Origin: Candidatus Latescibacterota bacterium
GTDB taxonomy: Bacteria > Latescibacterota > UBA2968 > GCA-2709665
Assembly: GCA_965248435.1 (NCBI GenBank)
Contig: OZ252100.1
Coordinates: forward strand, 5,376,001-5,440,000
Length of the DNA: 64,000 nucleotides
Direction: 5' to 3'
Under the pieces are notes generated by a model. That model worked only from the letters and a program-made list of their open reading frames with translations, was not told the DNA's origin and ran no database searches. The position numbers were made by a program, and so were the translations under genes. Of this stretch, positions 59,578 through 64,000 are shown piece after piece (within the stretch, counting starts at the first letter, position 1; each line of letters starts with the position of its first letter).

Positions 59578-59653
59578 AGGCCAGTAGCTCAACTGGTAGA
59601 GCATCGGTCTCCAAAACCGGCGGTTGCGGGTTCGAGTCCTGCCTGGCCTGCCA
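59578..59653 (+). tRNA. tRNA-Trp(CCA)
   Basis: AGGCCAG..CTCCAAA..GGTTCGAGTCC..CTGGCCTGCCA. Confidence 0.97.
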
Positions 59654-59790
59654 TTTTTGGCTTCCGAGTAGTCGGGGATCGATCTGCGGCAATTCATCAC
59701 GGTACGCATTTTACCGGGCAACACGGTTCTACTCTCAACCTGGAGTTTGATTCTGGAAGTTGAGGGGCTTCTCCTTGGGGATGTGGCGAG

Positions 59791-59976
59791 ATGTTCCGGA
59801 AGATCCCTCAACTCTTCAGGGAAGTACGAATGGAGATGGGTAAGGTGACCTGGCCTACCCGTGATGAACTAAGATCCTCCACAACGATCGTGCTTATGGT
59901 TTCGTTGGCCTTTGCAATTTTCATTTTTTTTATTGATCAGATTCTGTCCTTCGTGATGAGCCGCATCCTGGCCTGA
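59791..59976 (+). CDS. secE: preprotein translocase subunit SecE
   Basis: EMGKVTWPT + single TM. Confidence 0.93.
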   Translation: MFRKIPQLFREVRMEMGKVTWPTRDELRSSTTIVLMVSLAFAIFIFFIDQILSFVMSRILA

Positions 59977-60162
59977 AGCACGATGTAACGCGAATATCGG
60001 TGCCGAAACCTTCCTCTCCAGCTTGGTCGGGCTTTTTTGGGGGCCCGAGGTTCTGAATTCCCTGATGATAATGATGAATCAAAGTGGCAGTTTGGGGGAG
60101 AGGGTAGATATGTCCATGTCCCTAAGGTGGTGGATCGAATCTAACCCGTAGGGCAAAGTTCG

Positions 60163-60696
60163 ATGAAATGGTACGCCGTGCATACCTATTCTGGTCACGA
60201 AAATAAGGTCCGCTCCTACATCGAAGGGGCCAAAGATGGCGCTGGAATCGGGGAGCGCATCGGCCGCGTCGTGGTTCCCACAGAAGAAGTGGTAGAAATG
60301 AAGGACGGTCGCAAGACCACGTCCTTGAAAAAATTTCTACCGAGCTATGTTCTTGTGGAGATGGAACTCGACAAAGAGACTCTTCATTTTGCGACGAGTG
60401 TTCCCGGGGTGACCAGTTTTGTCGGGCCGGGAAAGCATCCACAGCCGCTCAGGGAGGAAGAAGTCGAGCGCGTATTGGGGCAGATCGATCGGCGCAAGGA
60501 AGAAGACGTGAAGGAGATGCCCTACCAAGTGGGGGATCGAGTCAAGGTGATTGACGGTCCGTTCAGCGACTTCATCGGATTGGTAGACGATATCAATCCA
60601 GAGAAAAGCAAGATCAAGGTCATGGTCAGCATCTTCGGCAGGAATACGCCGGTTGAGCTGGACGTTTTGCAGGTCGAGATTGCCACTGAGGCGTAA
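60163..60696 (+). CDS. nusG: transcription termination/antitermination factor NusG
   Basis: [14 protein letters not shown] motif [16 protein letters not shown]. Confidence 0.97.
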   Translation: MKWYAVHTYSGHENKVRSYIEGAKDGAGIGERIGRVVVPTEEVVEMKDGRKTTSLKKFLPSYVLVEMELDKETLHFATSVPGVTSFVGPGKHPQPLREEEVERVLGQIDRRKEEDVKEMPYQVGDRVKVIDGPFSDFIGLVDDINPEKSKIKVMVSIFGRNTPVELDVLQVEIATEA

Positions 60697-60749
60697 AGCG
60701 CCGCCGCCGCTCGTTCCGTGTCGTTGTTAATTTTCGAATTCAGGGCAAA

Positions 60750-61175
60750 ATGGCGAAAAAAGTACTTTCGATGATACGGCTGCAAATTCCGGCGGGGCAG
60801 GCATCGCCTACGCCTCCTGTGGGGCCGGCCTTGGGACAACACGGTGTCAACATTATGGAGTTCTGCAAGGCGTTCAATGCCCAAACGCGGGATAAGCAGG
60901 GGCTCGTTATCCCGGCTGTCATAACGGTCTACGCAGACCGGAGTTTTTCCTTTATCCTGAAGAGCCCGCTGGCCTCCATCCTCTTGAAACGGGCGGCAAA
61001 GGTAGAAAAGGGATCTCCAGAGTCAAACCGGACAAAGGTGGGGACCGTAACGCGAGATCAGGTTCGGGAGATCGCTGAGTTGAAGATGGTCGACCTGAAT
61101 GCGAGTAGCATAGAGACTGCTGCTCGGATGATTGAGGGTACAGCCCGCAGCATGGGGCTAGAGGTGAGTGACTAA
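60750..61175 (+). CDS. rplK: 50S ribosomal protein L11
   Basis: [22 protein letters not shown]. Confidence 0.98.
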   Translation: MAKKVLSMIRLQIPAGQASPTPPVGPALGQHGVNIMEFCKAFNAQTRDKQGLVIPAVITVYADRSFSFILKSPLASILLKRAAKVEKGSPESNRTKVGTVTRDQVREIAELKMVDLNASSIETAARMIEGTARSMGLEVSD

Positions 61176-61196
61176 CGGAATCCTTTGAGGCACCAA

Positions 61197-61895
61197 ATGC
61201 CCAGGAAAAGAAGCAAGATCTATCGGGGCGCGTTGGAGCTTTTCGATCGTCAGAATCGGTATTCTCTGGATGAGGCGATGGGTTTACTCAAGCGGATGCC
61301 CAATCGAAAACTGGACGAGACCGTTGAGCTGGCTATCCGCCTTGGTGTGGACCCGCGGCACGCCGATCAACAGGTTCGCGGAACGGTCATCTTGCCTCAC
61401 GGCTTGGGAAAAGAGGTCCGGGTGGTTGTGTTCGCCAAGGGAGAGCTTGCGGCGAGCGCTCAGGAGGCCGGGGCAGATGTTGTCGGTGCCGAGGATCTGG
61501 TTGAAAAGGTTTCTGGCGGCTGGACGGAATTCGATATTGCGGTCTCTGCTCCGGATATGATGGGCGCCGTGGGCAAATTGGGGCGCATTTTAGGGCCTCG
61601 AGGGCTTATGCCCAATCCGAAGAGCGGGACGGTCACTCAAGACATTGAACGAGCCGTAAAAGAAGCGAAAGCGGGCCGGGTGGAATTCAGAGTGGACCGT
61701 GGAGGCAGCGTGCATTCTCCCATCGGCAAAGTTTCATTCGAGGAGGGCAAACTCCTCGAGAATGCGAATGCTTTGATTGACGTCATCTCAAGGGCGCGAC
61801 CGGCTTCCGCAAAGGGACAGTACATTCGATCTGTGACCCTTTCGACGACGATGGGCCCGGGGATCCGTCTGGACCGAGCAAGTTTTGTCAACTAG
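61197..61895 (+). CDS. rplA: 50S ribosomal protein L1
   Basis: [36 protein letters not shown]. Confidence 0.98.
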   Translation: MPRKRSKIYRGALELFDRQNRYSLDEAMGLLKRMPNRKLDETVELAIRLGVDPRHADQQVRGTVILPHGLGKEVRVVVFAKGELAASAQEAGADVVGAEDLVEKVSGGWTEFDIAVSAPDMMGAVGKLGRILGPRGLMPNPKSGTVTQDIERAVKEAKAGRVEFRVDRGGSVHSPIGKVSFEEGKLLENANALIDVISRARPASAKGQYIRSVTLSTTMGPGIRLDRASFVN

Positions 61896-61912
61896 CAGGC
61901 TGGGAAACAAAG

Positions 61913-62446
61913 ATGCCTACGGCTGAAAAGGTTGCAGCTGTTGAAGAGCTTAGTGGAATCCTAAGACGGGCGAACGGGATCTACTTGACCGATTTTACGG
62001 GGCTGGATGTTCCTACGTTCGGCAGCCTTCGGCGGCGTCTTCGCGAGGAAGCTGTCTCCTGTCGAGTCGTTAAGAATCGTCTCGCGATTCTTGCGGCCAA
62101 AGACGCCGGTCTTAGCGGGCTTGACGCATTGTTGAGTGGGCCGACCGGTGTCGTTTACACCGAAGAAGATCCTGTTCTTCCCGCGAGGCTGCTAGCTTCG
62201 TTTGCAGATGGTGCCGACGGCCGTCCCGTGATGAAGGCTGGGCTGGTCGAGGGCAAGATCTACATCGACGATGAGCTAAAGACCCTGGCCTCATTGCCTC
62301 CACGAGAGGTGATGCTCGGGCAGCTTGTCGCTGCGGTACAAAGTCCAATCTCTGGTTTGGCCTTCTGTTTGGCTGGAACGATACAGAAGCTCTTAGGTAC
62401 GCTAAACGCCCTCGCAGAGCAGCGTAAAGAGGCCGAGGGTTCATAA
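61913..62446 (+). CDS. rplJ: 50S ribosomal protein L10
   Basis: DFTGL, VVKNRL, LASLPPRE. Confidence 0.95.
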   Translation: MPTAEKVAAVEELSGILRRANGIYLTDFTGLDVPTFGSLRRRLREEAVSCRVVKNRLAILAAKDAGLSGLDALLSGPTGVVYTEEDPVLPARLLASFADGADGRPVMKAGLVEGKIYIDDELKTLASLPPREVMLGQLVAAVQSPISGLAFCLAGTIQKLLGTLNALAEQRKEAEGS

Positions 62447-62494
62447 TCGGGGCTTGTTGATATCAATCTCGAAAGGAGTTACGGAGGAAATGCT

Positions 62495-62866
62495 ATGAGT
62501 ATAGAAACAATTATCACCGAGATCGAAAAATTGTCGGTTCTCGAGCTGGCAGATCTGGTCAAGGCATTGGAGGAAAAATTTGGAGTCAGTGCCCAGGCCG
62601 CTGTTGTCGCCGCACCTGCTGCGGGCGCCGCTGCCCCGGCAGCCGAAGAGGAACAATCGGAATTCGACGCGATCCTCTCCGCTGTGGGCGATAAGAAGAT
62701 TCAGGTGATCAAGGTCGTTCGAAGCCTCACGAATCTGGGATTGAAGGAGGCCAAGGCTCTCGTCGATGGAGCCCCCAATGCCGTGAAGGAGGGGGTAACC
62801 AAGGAAGAGGCAGAGCAGATCAAGGCTGAGTTGGAGGAGGTTGGCGCTGTTGTCGAGATCAAGTAG
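62495..62866 (+). CDS. rplL: 50S ribosomal protein L7/L12
   Basis: [28 protein letters not shown]. Confidence 0.98.
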   Translation: MSIETIITEIEKLSVLELADLVKALEEKFGVSAQAAVVAAPAAGAAAPAAEEEQSEFDAILSAVGDKKIQVIKVVRSLTNLGLKEAKALVDGAPNAVKEGVTKEEAEQIKAELEEVGAVVEIK

Positions 62867-62911
62867 GCCGCACCGATTTCAGGCTGGCTTTACTACAGGA
62901 GAGTGAGCGCC

Positions 62912-64000
62912 TTGTCAGAGAACGGACATAAGGGATACATAGAAAGAACATCCTACAGCAGAATCGTTTCAGCGATAGAGATGCCAAATTTGCTGGACAT
63001 TCAGATCAACTCCTACAACTGGTTCTTGCAGAAGGATGTTCCGTCTGGAGAACGGAAAAACCAGGGCCTTCAGGCGGTGTTCAACAGCATCCTTCCCATT
63101 TCTGATGTGCACAATCTATACTCTCTTGAGTTTGTCGACTATTCTATCGGCACTCCAAAGTACGGAGTAGATGAATGCCTTGAGCGCGGGACCACATTCG
63201 CGGCCCCTCTTCGGGCGACGCTTCGGTTGATCTCACGGGAGAAGCAGGATAATGACGAATCCCGTATCAAAGACATCGTGGAACAGACGGTTTTCCTTGG
63301 CGAACTGCCGCTGATGACGCGGGGAGGGACGTTCATCATCAACGGCTCCGAGCGCGTTATTGTCAGTCAGCTCCATCGGTCTCCCGGCGTATTCTTTGAT
63401 GAGTCGATACACCCAAACGGGAAACGGCTTAATTCTGCCCGGATCATCCCGTATAAGGGTGCTTGGCTCGAGTTCAGTTTGGACATCAACGACATCATGT
63501 ACGTACACATCGATCGAAAGCGAAAGCTGCCGGTTACGACGCTGCTGCGTGCCCTCGGCTTCAGCAGTAACGGAGAAATTCTGGGTATCTTCCACGGGGA
63601 CAAGACGGTCCGCGTCAGCGACAATCCGGTGGGCGAGATTCTAACGGAAGATGTGGTCGACAAGAAGTCCGGAGAGGTCATCGTCGAGGCCCATCAGGTG
63701 TTGACCGAAGATCATATCGCAGCGCTCAAGAGCGGCCGAGTCACGCGGCTGACTGTTCTGGATGTAAATCTTGAAGACGATGGCGGGGTCATCTCCAATA
63801 CGCTTCAGAAGGACCCGTGCGACAACGAAGAAGAGGCGCTATCTCGGATCTATAACCTTTTGCGTCCCGGAGACCCTCCGAATATTGAAACGGCCAGAGG
63901 ACTGTTGGAGCGCCAGTTCTTCAGCCCAAAACGTTACAACCTTGGGGAGGTGGGTCGCTACCGAATGCGGCAGCGCCTCGATCTGAACATTCCTTTGGAC
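62912..64000 (+). CDS. rpoB: RNA polymerase beta subunit (3'-truncated)
   Basis: TTG start after CAGGAG; MPNLLDIQ, GTFIINGSERVIVSQLHRSPGVFF; open to the window end. Confidence 0.96.
   Translation, partial: MSENGHKGYIERTSYSRIVSAIEMPNLLDIQINSYNWFLQKDVPSGERKNQGLQAVFNSILPISDVHNLYSLEFVDYSIGTPKYGVDECLERGTTFAAPLRATLRLISREKQDNDESRIKDIVEQTVFLGELPLMTRGGTFIINGSERVIVSQLHRSPGVFFDESIHPNGKRLNSARIIPYKGAWLEFSLDINDIMYVHIDRKRKLPVTTLLRALGFSSNGEILGIFHGDKTVRVSDNPVGEILTEDVVDKKSGEVIVEAHQVLTEDHIAALKSGRVTRLTVLDVNLEDDGGVISNTLQKDPCDNEEEALSRIYNLLRPGDPPNIETARGLLERQFFSPKRYNLGEVGRYRMRQRLDLNIPLD

Overview
Mostly chromosomal core and envelope DNA from a fairly GC-rich, diderm bacterium. The gene content (GWxTD protein, PorV-like barrel, Wzi-like protein, bat/gld genes, many lipoproteins) suggests an FCB-group lineage such as Latescibacterota; this is an inference and no database search was run. 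In order, the window holds: a truncated GWxTD protein; csp; era; a PorV-like barrel; an L,D-transpeptidase cluster; a Wzi-like gene; a two-gene membrane system (1583-aa nicastrin/M28-like pseudopeptidase fused to a MacB/FtsX permease, plus an OPT-like transporter); yicC-gmk-rpoZ-coaBC-udg-dnaB-kptA-DAC; a membrane-anchored ParA/MinD-like ATPase; one intact IS30 element with a 3-bp target duplication; a moxR/bat operon interrupted by gldA/F/G-like ABC genes; plant-type threonine synthase and cystathionine gamma-synthase separated by a SAM-II riboswitch with a terminator; and the tRNA-Tyr/Gly/Thr-rpmG-tRNA-Trp-secE-nusG-rplKAJL-rpoB cluster, which lacks tuf. The best candidates for undescribed biology are the nicastrin-like/FtsX + OPT system (11179-17999), the plant-like SAM-controlled Thr/Met branch (49963-52690), the bat+gld super-operon, and a candidate structured sRNA at about 8027-8143. 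No CRISPR array, rRNA or prophage was seen. Family assignments come from recalled motifs and need HMM confirmation.
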